DNA of 64,000 bases. It comes from Alphaproteobacteria bacterium. GTDB taxonomy: Bacteria > Pseudomonadota > Alphaproteobacteria > UBA828. The position numbers and the translations under genes are program-made. Under the pieces are notes generated by a model. The model saw only the letters and a list, made by a program, of their open reading frames with translations, was not told where the DNA came from and ran no database searches. Positions 40,169-51,257 of this stretch are shown in pieces (position 1 is the first letter of the stretch; the number at the start of each line of letters is the position of its first letter). The stretch covers positions 576,001 through 640,000 of the forward strand of contig CBDEFM010000001.1 of the NCBI GenBank assembly GCA_965237415.1, in the 5' to 3' direction.

Positions 40169-41224
40169 TCAGCCCGTCCGTCCGCCGGGCGCTTCCGACA
40201 GCCAGGGCCCCAGGCTCTCGCCATAGGCGAACAGCGCCGGCTGCCCGCCGGTGTGCACGAACAGCACCCGGCTCGCGGGCGCGATCCGGCCCGAGCGCAC
40301 ATGGCCGATCAGTCCCGCCATGGCCCTCGCCGTATAGACCGGGTCGAGCAGCAGCCCCTCGTGGCGCGCCGCCAGCGCCATCGCCTCGCGCACCGCGTCA
40401 TTGAGCCGCCCATAGCCCGGCGCCAGCACCGCGTCGCAGACCTCCACCTCGCCCGCATCGAACGCATCCGGCCAGCCGATCATCGCCGCGAGCCCGGACC
40501 CCACCTGCGCCACCCGCGCGCCCTGCCGCCCGCCATCGCGCCGCACGCAGATGCCGAGCACCGGCACCCGCTCGCCGAGCGCCCGCAGCCCGACCAGCAG
40601 GCCGGCATGGGTGAGCGCACTGCCCGAGGCCGTGACCGCCGCGTCGAAGCCGATCCGCAAGTCTCCGGCCTGCTCCGCGACCTCGCCGGCCGCCAGCACG
40701 TAGCCGAGCCCGCCGAGCGGCGGGCAGTCCGGCGCGGAGTGAATCACGTAGGGCTTGCGGCCCTCGGCCGCGAGCGCCGCTGCGCGCCGTTCCATCGCCG
40801 CGTCCGCCGCCGCCTCGTCCTCGCCCTCGGGGAACGCATGCAACGTTGCCCCCAGCACCCGGTCGAGCAGCAGGTTGCCCGACGCGCAATAGAGGTCCCC
40901 GGCGCCCTTCACCCGGTCTTCGAGCTGGATGTGGATCGCCATCCCCAGCCGGCGCGCGGCGGCGGCGGCGATGCACACCAGGTTCGACTGCACCGCGCCG
41001 GTGACCAGCACCGTGTCCGCGCCCCGGGCGCGGGCCTCGCCGAAGTGGAACTCGAGCTGGCGCACCTTGTTGCCGCCGAGGGCGAGGCCCGTGCAGTCGT
41101 CGCGCTTGATCCAGAGCTCGATCCCGAGCGCCGCGCCCAGGTTGGGCGCGGGCTCCAGCGGCGTCGGCATGTGGCCGAGCCGGACCCGCGGAAAGCGGGC
41201 GATGCCGGCAAGGGGGCTGGACAT
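40169..41224 (-). CDS. D-cysteine desulfhydrase family protein (copy 2)
   Basis: Translation identical to 10523-11578. Confidence 0.9.
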   Translation of the reverse strand: MSSPLAGIARFPRVRLGHMPTPLEPAPNLGAALGIELWIKRDDCTGLALGGNKVRQLEFHFGEARARGADTVLVTGAVQSNLVCIAAAAARRLGMAIHIQLEDRVKGAGDLYCASGNLLLDRVLGATLHAFPEGEDEAAADAAMERRAAALAAEGRKPYVIHSAPDCPPLGGLGYVLAAGEVAEQAGDLRIGFDAAVTASGSALTHAGLLVGLRALGERVPVLGICVRRDGGRQGARVAQVGSGLAAMIGWPDAFDAGEVEVCDAVLAPGYGRLNDAVREAMALAARHEGLLLDPVYTARAMAGLIGHVRSGRIAPASRVLFVHTGGQPALFAYGESLGPWLSEAPGGRTG

Positions 41225-41707
41225 GGCGGGCGCGGGCCTTCCGTTCTGCTGCACAGATCGCCGTGCGGGTCTCGCATCGCCGCCCGACAGGTGCCGTCCC
41301 CTTCCGGCGATTGCAAGCGGTTTCGGCCGGAAACGCCCGATTCCGGCGGGACCGGGCGGACCGGGTCCGGTTTCCACCCGCTCGTTCGCAACGCCCGCGC
41401 CGGTGCTCGAGCGCAGCACGTGCCCCTCAGCCCCTCCGGTCTGCCTGCGCATCTGCCCGATCCGCTCCTCGAGTTGCATCACCTCCCCGGAGCGCGACTC
41501 GCGCCGCGCTGCGAACAGCCGCGCCTGCGCATTCACCAATCGTCCCTGTAGGAATCGACAAGACAGTCCTTGTTGACAACATGTCGGGAGGTTGGTCCGA
41601 TGCGCATCGACGGTCGTGGACGATTCCGCCAAGGCGGAGTACCCGGCCGCAAGCGCAGAACTTTCGCTCGCGCGGTTTCGCCCGCTCACCCGGTCGAGGA
41701 ACACGCC

Positions 41708-42889
41708 GTGGAGTCCATCCCTTCGGTTTCCGGCCTGGACGGCCTCCGTCCCGAACTGGTCGAGCGCATCAACCGCCCCACCGTCGATGCGGCCGGCCTG
41801 CCGAACGACGCCTATACCTCGTGGAGATTTCTGGCGCTGGAGCGCGATCGTCTGTTCTCCCCGACCTGGACCTGCATCGGTCACGCCTGCACGATCCCCG
41901 CGCCCGGCGATGCGCGCCCGGTCGAGCTCCTGGGTCAACCCCTGCTCATGCTGCGCGACGAGGCCGGCGGGGTGCGCGTCTTCCACAACGTGTGCAGCCA
42001 CCGCGGCAATCGGCTCGCAGGCGAGCCCTGCCGCTTCCGCGGGCGAATCCGCTGCCCTTACCACGCATGGACCTATGCCCTGGACGGCGAGCTCCTGGTC
42101 ACTCCGCACATCGGCGGGCCCGGGCGGCACGAGAACGACAGCTTCGACCGCCGTGCCCACGGATTGAAGGCGATACGCGCGGCGGTGTGGCTGGATCTCG
42201 TATTCGTGAACCTGGGCGGCGACGCGCCTCCCTTCGAGCAGCACATCGCCCCGCTCGCCGAGCGCGTCTACGGGCTTGCGCACCGGACCCAGATCGAACG
42301 GATGCGACCTGCCGCGACCCACGGCAGCTTCCAGCTCGAGTTCGACGGCAACTGGAAGCTCGTTGTCGAGAACAACCTCGAGAGCTACCACCTGCCGTTC
42401 GTGCACCGGGACCTCAACCGCCGATCGCGCCTCCAGGACCACTACCACTACTACGGCGGCGACCTGTTTGCGGGACAGGGGTCGAACCTGTACCGACCGG
42501 GCGCGGGCGAGGCCGCCGCCGGATTCCACCGCTTCGAGGGCTGGCCGGAAGGGGTGTCGGAGTACCCCACCGTGTTCCCGAACCTCCTGCTCGGCGTTCA
42601 CGACGACCACATATGGTCCATTGTGCTCTTTCCGCTCTCACCCGACCGGACGAGGGAGCACTGGCAGATCTACTATGTCGGGGAGACGGCGGGCGACCCC
42701 GCCCACGACGCGGCGCGCGCCGCGACGCAGGAAGCATGGCGCAACGTCTTCCTGGAGGATCAGGGAGTGGTCGAGGGCATGCAGCGCGGACGCGGCTCGC
42801 CCGCCTTTCTCGGGGGTGTGTTCTCCGGCGTCATGGACGAGCCGACCCACCACTTCCACAAGTGGATCGCGAACCGGCTGGCCGCCTGA
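41708..42889 (+). CDS. Rieske oxygenase alpha subunit (copy 2)
   Basis: Translation identical to 8858-10039. Confidence 0.9.
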   Translation: MESIPSVSGLDGLRPELVERINRPTVDAAGLPNDAYTSWRFLALERDRLFSPTWTCIGHACTIPAPGDARPVELLGQPLLMLRDEAGGVRVFHNVCSHRGNRLAGEPCRFRGRIRCPYHAWTYALDGELLVTPHIGGPGRHENDSFDRRAHGLKAIRAAVWLDLVFVNLGGDAPPFEQHIAPLAERVYGLAHRTQIERMRPAATHGSFQLEFDGNWKLVVENNLESYHLPFVHRDLNRRSRLQDHYHYYGGDLFAGQGSNLYRPGAGEAAAGFHRFEGWPEGVSEYPTVFPNLLLGVHDDHIWSIVLFPLSPDRTREHWQIYYVGETAGDPAHDAARAATQEAWRNVFLEDQGVVEGMQRGRGSPAFLGGVFSGVMDEPTHHFHKWIANRLAA

Positions 42890-42964
42890 ACCGGCGTCCG
42901 CGTCCAACTGGGCGCTTTCAATATTGCCTGGAGGGCGTTCCTGCTCGCGGGTACCGGGGCAGGT

Positions 42965-44041
42965 TCACGGCACGACCACGATGTTCCCGACGTGGCGCTT
43001 GTCGATGAACGCCCGTTGGGCGGCGCGCAGCTCGGAGAGCGGCCAGGTCGCCGCCAGCACCGGCCTGACCTCCCCCCGCTCGATGTAGCCCACGACATCC
43101 CGGAAGACATGGCCCGGCACCACGGTGGAGCCGGTGAAGGTGAGGTCGCGCAGATAGAGGCTGCGCAGGTCGAGCGCGACCGTGGGCCCGGCGATGGCGC
43201 CGGAGCAGGTGTAGCGCCCGCCGCGCGCGAGGATGTCGATCAGCGCCGGCCAGCCGGGCCCGCCGACGACATCGGCGACGACCGTGACCGTCTCGCCCTC
43301 CAACGCCCCGCGCAAATCCCCGGGCGCACGCGGCAGGATCCGGTCGGGGTCGAGCCTTGCCACCTCGGCGTGCTTGGCCTCGGACGCCATGGCGATCGCC
43401 CGCGCGCCGCGGCGTTTCGCGAGCTGGACCAGCGCGCCCCCCACTCCGCCCGACGCGCCGGGAACCAGCACGGTGTCTCCCGCTCCCACGCGCGCGCGGT
43501 TCAGCATGCCTTCGGCCGTGGTGTAGGAGCAGGAGAAGGTCGCAAGCTCGGCGTCGCTCAAGTTGCACTCGACGACCGCCAGGTTGCGCATGTCGCACTT
43601 GGTGTACTCGGCGAAGCCGCCGTCGATCTCCGATCCGAAATAGCCCGCCTTGTCCAGGTTTTCCGGGTCCGACCGGTCGCGCTGCCAGCCGTCGACCATG
43701 ACCCGCTTGCCGACCAGGCCGGAATCGGCGCCCTCGCCCACGGCGACCACATTGCCCACGACATCCGCGCCCTGGATGCGCGGGAAGCGGATGCGCCGGC
43801 CGCCCCAGCCGGCGTCGCCGGCATCGAGCCCGGCGCGGGCGTCGCCGGTCGTGGCGTCCGTCACGGTCCGGGAATACCAGCCGGTGCGGGTATTGACGTC
43901 GGTGTTGTTCAGCCCGCAGGCGCCGACCGCGATCAGCACCTCCATCGGTCCGGGCACCGGCACGGGCCAGTCCTCGCGCCATTCGTACCGGTCGAGGCCG
44001 CCGTGACCGGTGAGCACCATCGCCTTCATCGCGCGGCTCAT
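42965..44041 (-). CDS. MDR oxidoreductase (copy 2)
   Basis: Translation identical to 7706-8782. Confidence 0.9.
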   Translation of the reverse strand: MSRAMKAMVLTGHGGLDRYEWREDWPVPVPGPMEVLIAVGACGLNNTDVNTRTGWYSRTVTDATTGDARAGLDAGDAGWGGRRIRFPRIQGADVVGNVVAVGEGADSGLVGKRVMVDGWQRDRSDPENLDKAGYFGSEIDGGFAEYTKCDMRNLAVVECNLSDAELATFSCSYTTAEGMLNRARVGAGDTVLVPGASGGVGGALVQLAKRRGARAIAMASEAKHAEVARLDPDRILPRAPGDLRGALEGETVTVVADVVGGPGWPALIDILARGGRYTCSGAIAGPTVALDLRSLYLRDLTFTGSTVVPGHVFRDVVGYIERGEVRPVLAATWPLSELRAAQRAFIDKRHVGNIVVVP

Positions 44042-44070
44042 CGGCAGCCTCCTCGCTCGCATCGGTACCC

Positions 44071-44245
44071 TTGTATGGCGGTTCGTCGCTCGTCTCGTTG
44101 CTTACGATGGTGCGCAGACGGTTGGCGTGCGGACCGTCCTCCGCAAGCCGTCCGGCCAGGGTGCGGATGAGTTCGCGGTCGCTCTCGCGGCCGAGAACCT
44201 CGAAGCGGACCAAGCCGCGTTCGCTCAGACGGCGGCGGTTTCGGC
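44071..44245 (-). pseudogene. fragment of a putative antitoxin of PIN/VapC-type TA loci
   Basis: RRRLSERGLVRFEVLGRESDRELIRTLAGRLAEDGP...EPPYKG, recalled as a small conserved protein found upstream of PIN toxins; cut at the duplication boundary. Confidence 0.5.
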
Positions 44246-45190
44246 GCGTGGCCGAAGCGGGCGGGGGGTGCCTTGCGGTTGCGCGTCCAGCGGATCCGGT
44301 CGCCGGCGCGCAACTCGATCCGCTCGGTGTCGTAGAGGCCCAGATAGCGCGCCGCATTGCCCGAGGGCCGGAACCGGCGTTCGCCGTCCGGATGGGCCAG
44401 CACGACCATGCCGTCGTCGTGGCCCATGACGATGCAGACGTCGTTCGCGCGGCAGCCGTAGACGTCGCGATGGAACACGATGGTGTCGCCGGGCTCGTAG
44501 CTCCGGATGTCGGAGGCCTGCACCCGGGTGAGCTGCCGGTTGACCAGGCGATCGACGGCGAGTGTGCGGCCCCGCAGCACGCCTTCCTCGGCCAGCCCCT
44601 CGCGCACGGTGTCGTTCGCCTGCCGGCAGATCGCGTGCGTGGGAGCGAAGATCAGGGTGTCCGCCCGATGCTCCGGCGCCAGCGCGAGCCAGCGACGTCC
44701 CGCCTCCAACCCAAGCTCCTCCGGAGGCGCCTCGCGCACCCGATTGCCCAGCTCCGCGATCGCCGCGCCCGGCTCCCCCTCCCGGGCAAGACCCACCGCA
44801 GCCCGCAGCTCCGGGTCGCGCTGGCGCTTCACCTCCTTCATCGTCGCTGTCGACATGCCCGCCTTCTGCAGCAGCCGGAAGGGCTGCCCCGCATCCACCG
44901 CCTTCAACTGTTTGGTGTCGCCCACCAGCGCGACCCGCGCCACATCCAGTGCGCGCGCGACGCGCAGTAGCGCCTCCATGCGAACGCTGCCGATCATCGA
45001 GGCCTCGTCCACCGCCAGAACCGCGCCCCCGTACTCCGCCCGGCCCCGCGCCAGCCGCTCCGGGTCGGAGAGGTCGCCGAAGCGGGTCAGGAAGTATTGC
45101 AGCGTTCGCGAGGGGATGCCGGCCTCATTGGCCAGAACCCGGGCGGCGGCGGCCGACGGCGCCAGGCCCTGTATCCTCCGCTCTGCGGCC
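44246..45190 (-). pseudogene. trwC: TrwC/TraI helicase-domain internal fragment
   Basis: GLAPSAAAA, VDEASMIG, LVGDTKQLKAVDAGQPF, RQRDPELRAAV, IELRAGDRIRWTRN; homologous to 62675-63991. Confidence 0.85.
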
Positions 45191-45193
45191 TTG

Positions 45194-45980
45194 ATGGGCG
45201 TAGAGCAGGCGCGCCGCAAGTGCCTCGCCGTAGAGACCGAAGCGGGGTCCGAGCGGACGAAGCGCGGAGCGGTTCCGACGTTCGGGGACTTCTGTGCTGG
45301 TCCGGTGAAGGCGCGGCTCGACAATCTCAAGCCTTCGACACGGAAGAGTGCGGGCTGGGTCTTGCGTGGGAACTTGCTTCCGGCCTTCGGCTCGCTGCCG
45401 CTCGACCGGATCACCCCTGCGGCCGTGCACCGTTGGTTCGACGCGTACAGCCGGACTGCGCCGGGCGGGGCCAACTGCGCGTTGAGCGTACTCCGCCGGA
45501 TACTGAACCAGGCGGTTGAAATCGGTCATCTCGACACGAACCCGGCCAGGGGCGTCAAGCGGAACCCCCGCCCGAAGCTCACGCGCTTCCTGTCGCGCGA
45601 GGAGATCCGTCGCCTCCACCAGGAGCTGGACGACTATGGCAGTGCGCGGCCCTCACGGGCGCGGCAGGCGGACATCATCCGCCTTCTGTTGCTGACCGGC
45701 TGCCGGAGGGGCGAGATCCTGACCATGCGCTGGCAGGACATCGACGGGGACACGCTCGACCTGGTCGACGCCAAGACCGGTCCGGGAAAGGTCCTTCTGA
45801 GCGCCCCGGCCCGGGCCATCCTGGAGCAGCAGCCACGGTCCGGGAGCGCCTACGTCTTCCCCTCGCCTCTCGACCCTGGACAGCCGCTGTCGCCCGGCCT
45901 GGGGCTCTGGCGCGAGGTCCGCAATACGGCCGGCATCGAAGACGTGCGGCTTCACGACCTGCGACACACTTGTGCCAGCG
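45194..45980 (+). pseudogene. tyrosine recombinase/integrase, truncated at both ends
   Basis: NPARGV, LLLTGCRRGEI, DAKTG, RLHDLRHT; catalytic Tyr region missing. Confidence 0.87.
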
Positions 45981-46428
45981 CTTGGGAACTTCCTACGCCG
46001 CCCAATCATCTAACGCATTATTTTTCCACGATATTTTTACCTTTATGTCAGGCGGCCTGACCCGTCGTACAGATTTGCGTAAGCGTTTTGAAACCGATCT
46101 GATCCGTAATCCTGCCCACTCAATTCGCAATTGTCCTTTGGCCCGCCCAACGCCCCGATTCCGGATGTATCCGTTTCCTCGGCCGGGTGGGGGACTGCAC
46201 GGTTTGACTTTGTGCGCGTCCGCTGAGCAAAGAGATCAGTTGGTTACGCGTGGCCACCTCTCTGGCCTTCGGAACGCTTACGACCAGCGCTGGGGCGAGC
46301 GACAACTTGGTGTCCCATCAGAATGTGATGGACGACCCGTCCTGACCGACCATAGGGGTGTGGACCGTGCCACGGTATACCGTCCGGGGCGTGAACGCAG
46401 TGTACGGGAGCCCCTACAAGTACCGTCT

Positions 46429-47208
46429 CTAGAAGCCAACGAGACCAGCCGGCCTACCGAGGAGAATCTCATTGCTCTCCGAGCGCCCAACCCTGAAAGC
46501 CAGAAACCCCTTCTCGCTGTCCTCACAGACGAACACGAGAGAGCTTCCTATCTCCGGCCTGCGACCATCCACGGACGGTGCGAGCCGGCGCAATGCATCG
46601 GTCCTAAAGAGCGGGCTAAATCCCTTGCCTACGTCAAGCTCCGTCTTGACGGGAGCAAAATACACCCGCGACAGCAACTCGTAGAGGGCACCGAAGTCGC
46701 GCTTCGCCTCGCGGTAGATTCTTTCGTCGTCAACCGTCAACAGGCGATGCGCTAACACGTCGCGCCGCCCTACGAGCTCGCGCCATGACACTTCGCCCTG
46801 GGACGCCTCGGGGATTTCGAAGAACAACTGTGCCAGACCCGACCCCTTGCGCTTGAGGCAGTTGTCGACCTGCTTGATGGCCTCGCACGTGTCCTCCACG
46901 TACTTCTTGAGGGCCGTCAGCAGGTCGGGGTCCTTCGGGCTGTCCGTGCGGTCCATGCGAGCCATGACGCCGAGAGCACTACGACAGCTACGTGCCGCGC
47001 GCGCCATCAGTTCCTCTAGGCGGACGCAGGTCTCTGAAACCTCCTCCTCTGCCCCGATCCTCCAGACGATTTGCGACTGCTCCAGGAGGCTCGCCAATTC
47101 TACCTCGGTCGCGCCGTGCTCCACCATCCGGGCCAGTAGTCGCTTTCGGTCGCCACCACCTTCGTTCATCGTTAGAAAGCCCCCTAGCCGACCTGTCAGC
47201 ATATGCAT
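46429..47208 (-). CDS. hypothetical protein with HEPN (DUF86/HepT-like) motif
   Basis: EAIKQV...SWRELVGRRDVLAHRLLTVDDERIY..AKRDF matches the DUF86 pattern W..i.G.R..laH....vD...vw; Rx4H = RDVLAH. Confidence 0.6.
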   Translation of the reverse strand: MHMLTGRLGGFLTMNEGGGDRKRLLARMVEHGATEVELASLLEQSQIVWRIGAEEEVSETCVRLEELMARAARSCRSALGVMARMDRTDSPKDPDLLTALKKYVEDTCEAIKQVDNCLKRKGSGLAQLFFEIPEASQGEVSWRELVGRRDVLAHRLLTVDDERIYREAKRDFGALYELLSRVYFAPVKTELDVGKGFSPLFRTDALRRLAPSVDGRRPEIGSSLVFVCEDSEKGFLAFRVGRSESNEILLGRPAGLVGF

Positions 47209-47502
47209 CCGTTCACTCGAGGTCCACCGCTGCTAACCACCCGTCAATGTTCCGTACGGCCCGTGAGCGCGACTCTCTAGCCCGACTTGAGCGCGCTTCA
47301 GCACCCCCTTCTTTGCCGCGCTTGATCTCACTCCAACCCGGGAGAGATATCATCGCCTGTGCGCTAGGCAATGCCGACGGGTGAGATCGGTGCCGGGGCC
47401 AGCAGCGATCCTCTGTCTTACCTGATTGTGGTCCCTTTCGCGCACCGAATCGAGGGCGATGAGGTGCGTGTCATGGAGGATCGTTGGTTTGACGAGCAAC
47501 TT

Positions 47503-47665
47503 TCGGGCTGCCGGGCCGAACAGGCGCGGCTGCGAACCGCCGAGCGGCTGGTCAGGTTGCTCGCAGTGTTCTGCATCCTGAGCTGGCGCGTGTTCTGGTT
47601 GACGATGCTCAACCGGGTCAAGCCGGACCACGAACCGGCCCTGGTGCTGACCGAGTTGGAGACGT
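47503..47665 (+). pseudogene. IS4-family (IS50/Tn5-like) transposase fragment
   Basis: SGCRAEQARLRTAERLVRLLAVFCILSWRVFWLTMLNR. Confidence 0.75.
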
Positions 47666-48204
47666 CCGCCAAGCTGTGGAATCGTCCGGCCGACGGGTGA
47701 GGTCGGAGCGCGCGGCCGACCCTGGCCTCGCCGGTGAACTCCGCCGCTTAGTCCGTGGTGATGCCGCCGATCTCGACGAGCTTGTCCACGTGCATCCGCA
47801 AGGCCTAGACCTAGGCGCTCTCGCTTTCGGTCACGACCCGTGCTTGGGCCGTGCCGGTGCCGACGTCATGGGAGAACCGCGCGACCATCGCGGTCGCTCC
47901 GGTGGCCGCCGCGGTCAGCGCCGAGGCGGCTTCGATGGACCAGTACCGCGCGAGCGTCCGCGTCTCCGCGGCGCGATCCTCGTAACTGGGCGCCAGCGAT
48001 TCCGAAGCCGGCTGCCCGCCGCTGAGATGCGGCTGGCGGCACTGCCGGCGTCGGCAACCGCCGTGTCGACGACCGCCGTTTCTAACACGCTTAAAACATG
48101 CTCTAATGAGCTGAACATCTGATTTTCAGGGTGATTGAACTCCAAACCTGAAAGCTACGATAGTGCCAGAGAACGGGACATGCTCCATAAAGATGGAGGG
48201 GTAA

Positions 48205-50349
48205 ATGCAGAGCAACTACCGACCGTCCTCCGGACTGCGCATCAATATCTCAATCGTTTGCGTCTTGGTTGCAGTCCTCGCTGCGTACCACCCCATTGCG
48301 GGCGCTCAACAGGCCGACGGTGCGGTGAGCCCGGCCGTGCCACCGGACGACGTTGCGAAGCTCGCTGAGCGCAAGCTAAAACTCGATTACGCGGCCACTC
48401 CGATTGCTCTCCGCATCGCTTTGCCTCCGGCAGATGTGGCGAGCAAGCGATCGGAGGCAGAGGCGAGAGGAGATCGACCGCTTCAGATCGGGTTCGCTCG
48501 CACCATGCCAAGCAAATTTCGGGGTGACTTGTCGCCGCTGATTGATTGGACTCCGCTTGGTGACGGCTCCATCGTCGGCGCCCTTTCGGTGACCTCTCCC
48601 GAAGCGCTGGCGATAAGGGCAGGCATTCACGCCGAGTTGGGATCGGGAGGAGAGATCCGCTTCTTTGGTAGGTATACGGCTATGGGGTACACGGAACAAG
48701 GACGCGCGAATCTGGATCTCCCCGTGATTACACAGGAGGACTTCCCGGAAGGCGAGAAGCCCGAACTCTTGTGGTCACCCACCGTGGAGGGCGATACGAT
48801 CGGGATCGAGATTACTTTGCCTTCCCAGGAAGCTCTGTCAGCCTTTTCACTCAGCATAGAGCGGCTGTCACACATTTACGTTCCGATCGGCTCGCTTGGA
48901 TACATGCTTAAGCGCCTTGACTGCAATAATCACATCGACGTTCAGTGCCCCGACAGGATCTCTCCGCAATCTGGAGAAGATGCGGTGGCACTCATCTCCT
49001 ACGTGAAGAGCGGTAATAGCTATATTTGTTCCGGCACCTTGATAAGAAATAGATTCTTCAGTCCCTTATTCTTGACGGCAAACCACTGCGTTTCGACAGG
49101 GACCGTGGCGCGGACGGTTGATGCTTGGTGGTTCTATCAGGCGACGAGCTGTGGCAGCCCAAAAATTGATCGTCGATTTGCGCGAACTAACAGCGGCACC
49201 CTTCTGCTGGAAACCAGCGTCGCCCAAGATTCGACGCTGCTTCGGTTCAGAAGAAGACTACCCGGAGGACTGTTTTATTCTGGCTGGTTCAGTGGTGCCT
49301 TGAACCATAAGAGCAAGGTGTATGGGATTCATCATCCGGACGGAGGCATCAAGAAGTACTCTGAGGGGAAGATTACCGGCCAAAGAAATCAAAGAATATG
49401 TCAGGATCCACGAAACGAAATAGGCTGCTTCACCCTACAAAACGCCATAAGTGTGGATTGGAGCAAAGGGACAACGGAGGGCGGCAGCAGCGGGTCGGGC
49501 CTGTTTGACCCCGGGACGAAGTTGCCCCAAGTACTAATCGGAGTTCTTTCTGGCGGGAGTGGAGCATGCGAAACAAGGATAGCTTATTACGGGCCATTCG
49601 CAGATTTTCATCCAAAGATAAGTCACTGGCTGTCGCATGACCATCTTCGGTCTTCTGCGCTCCCGCTGGTCATGTCGGCGTCCAACGCCGTTGGGCAAGG
49701 ATTGGTCCGGATCATCAATCGTTCCGATGTCGATGGAAGCGTAGAAATCCAAGCCATTGACGATGTGGGCGGGAGCCCCACACCGATTAGACTGTCGCTG
49801 GACGCATATGAGGCGGTGCAGTTAAACTCCAAGGACCTGGAAAGAGATACAGGGTCTGGTATCGGCGACTGGAGACTGGAACTGACCTCGGACGTGAATA
49901 TCGCTCCATTCGCGTACATTCAAACCCCGGACGGTGTCGTAACCAGCATTCACCAAGTGGCGGCGAAGTCCCATGGGGAGAAATCAAACGGCTTACTCGT
50001 GCCATTCTTCAACCCAGGGAGCGATACTAAACAGCGGAGTTTTCTGCGCATGATCAACCCCATCGACATAAACGTTAACGTGCAAATCTATGGACGTGAC
50101 GATTGGGGCAGTAGATCCCTCGATGTGCATGTCACTCTAAAGGCCAGAGAGGCCTGTACAGTTAGCTCGCAGGAACTGGAATCAGGTCAAGGTTCAGCCG
50201 ACCCATTCAGCAGTTGCCAAAACGCACCGACGGGGAAGCTTGGAAACGGCAGGGGTAAGTGGCGACTGATCGTCGTCCCAGACCATCCGATCCAAGTCAT
50301 GGGTCTGTTGCTAAGCCCAACGGGGGTTCTCACTAACCTCTCGCGGTAA
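48205..50349 (+). CDS. secreted trypsin-like serine protease (lysyl endopeptidase-like) with duplicated C-terminal domain
   Basis: Signal peptide, propeptide, CSGTLI, FLTANHC (His), DSTLL (Asp), HHPDG, TEGGSSGSGLF (Ser); two QG/SF-L/VR-IN repeats at the C-terminus. Confidence 0.87.
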   Translation: MQSNYRPSSGLRINISIVCVLVAVLAAYHPIAGAQQADGAVSPAVPPDDVAKLAERKLKLDYAATPIALRIALPPADVASKRSEAEARGDRPLQIGFARTMPSKFRGDLSPLIDWTPLGDGSIVGALSVTSPEALAIRAGIHAELGSGGEIRFFGRYTAMGYTEQGRANLDLPVITQEDFPEGEKPELLWSPTVEGDTIGIEITLPSQEALSAFSLSIERLSHIYVPIGSLGYMLKRLDCNNHIDVQCPDRISPQSGEDAVALISYVKSGNSYICSGTLIRNRFFSPLFLTANHCVSTGTVARTVDAWWFYQATSCGSPKIDRRFARTNSGTLLLETSVAQDSTLLRFRRRLPGGLFYSGWFSGALNHKSKVYGIHHPDGGIKKYSEGKITGQRNQRICQDPRNEIGCFTLQNAISVDWSKGTTEGGSSGSGLFDPGTKLPQVLIGVLSGGSGACETRIAYYGPFADFHPKISHWLSHDHLRSSALPLVMSASNAVGQGLVRIINRSDVDGSVEIQAIDDVGGSPTPIRLSLDAYEAVQLNSKDLERDTGSGIGDWRLELTSDVNIAPFAYIQTPDGVVTSIHQVAAKSHGEKSNGLLVPFFNPGSDTKQRSFLRMINPIDINVNVQIYGRDDWGSRSLDVHVTLKAREACTVSSQELESGQGSADPFSSCQNAPTGKLGNGRGKWRLIVVPDHPIQVMGLLLSPTGVLTNLSR

Positions 50350-50553
50350 ACACAACGGGCTGTGTGTTGGCACACAAATAAATGAGTTATGGTTGAAAGT
50401 TGGCGACGGAGTGAAGTGAACGCCGCGTATCCTGGCGAAGACTTATCCCTTCGCCCCCGGTGCTACGAGATATTGATTCTGTCTTCAGCCGTCGGGTATC
50501 GCCGAAGCGTCGTTCGCCGCGTGGGGGCGCCGACCGGCCGCGCCTTCGCGTTC

Positions 50554-50653
50554 CCGGTATACGTATAGCCGTCCGGGCGGTGGCGCTGCCGGAACCGTCG
50601 CTGCGCCGGTCCCGACCACGGCCCGTGCTTCCGGTATACGTATGGCCGGCCGG
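50554..50653. repeat. two 23-bp direct repeats with a palindromic TATACGTAT(A) core
   Basis: CCGGTATACGTATAGCCGTCCGG (50554) and CCGGTATACGTATGGCCGGCCGG (50631). Confidence 0.6.
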
Positions 50654-50688
50654 TGTACCGCGTCCGACGGCGCACTACCCTGCCTCGA

Positions 50689-50925
50689 ATGAGACGGGAC
50701 AAGATCGACGAAGCCGTGCTTGCGCTCCTCCCGGGAATCCATGAGCGCCACCCGATGACGGACGCGTGGACGTGGAAGTCCTTCTACTGGGACGCGATGG
50801 ACCGTCTCCACGGCAAGGGTTCGATCTCCAGTCCGGTCGGCAAGGCCAGGTCGGTGGTGTTGATCGAAGCGGGCCTGCGCGAGGCGGAAGCGGCGTTTCA
50901 CCGGCTGTTCGGGCCGCACGACTGA
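50689..50925 (+). CDS. DUF6429-like small protein
   Basis: DKIDEAVLALL...WKSFYWDAMDRLHGKG.IS.PVGKARSVVL.E.G pattern. Confidence 0.72.
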   Translation: MRRDKIDEAVLALLPGIHERHPMTDAWTWKSFYWDAMDRLHGKGSISSPVGKARSVVLIEAGLREAEAAFHRLFGPHD

Positions 50926-51257
50926 GCCGCCCGCCGGTTCGGCGCAACCGGCGCGGTCATCGCCCGGCACTCCCGGCCCCCTCGACTCCGACCGTCCCGA
51001 GGACGGCGCGCGCCTCATGGCTGGCCCGCCGCCGCCCGCGTCCCCACGGTGCGGTCTCGCGCATCTCCCGCAAGCCGCCCATCGCGGGCGAACCCCCGGC
51101 CCGGTCCCGATCCGCCGATAGCGCCGGGTCCGTGCCGTCGTGCGCGATCGTGCCCCGTGCCGCGGAGAGGAGAGTCTGGCCGTGAGCGGGGCGGCGGATG
51201 GATGTCCGGGAGGATGTCCGCGCCGTTCCCGTTCACCAGTCCGAAGGAGACGGCCCC

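Larger units (their letters stand above)
38817..44070 (-). repeat. large inverted duplication, right copy
   Basis: Reverse complement of 7677-12930. Confidence 0.95.

Noticed and set aside
44507-45193. 517-aa integrase ORF and overlapping 478-aa helicase ORF
   Set aside because: Each extension is an antisense read-through of the neighbouring fragment.
45980-46130. AT-rich stretch after the integrase as an att site or tRNA remnant
   Set aside because: No tRNA structure or matching direct repeat was found in the window.
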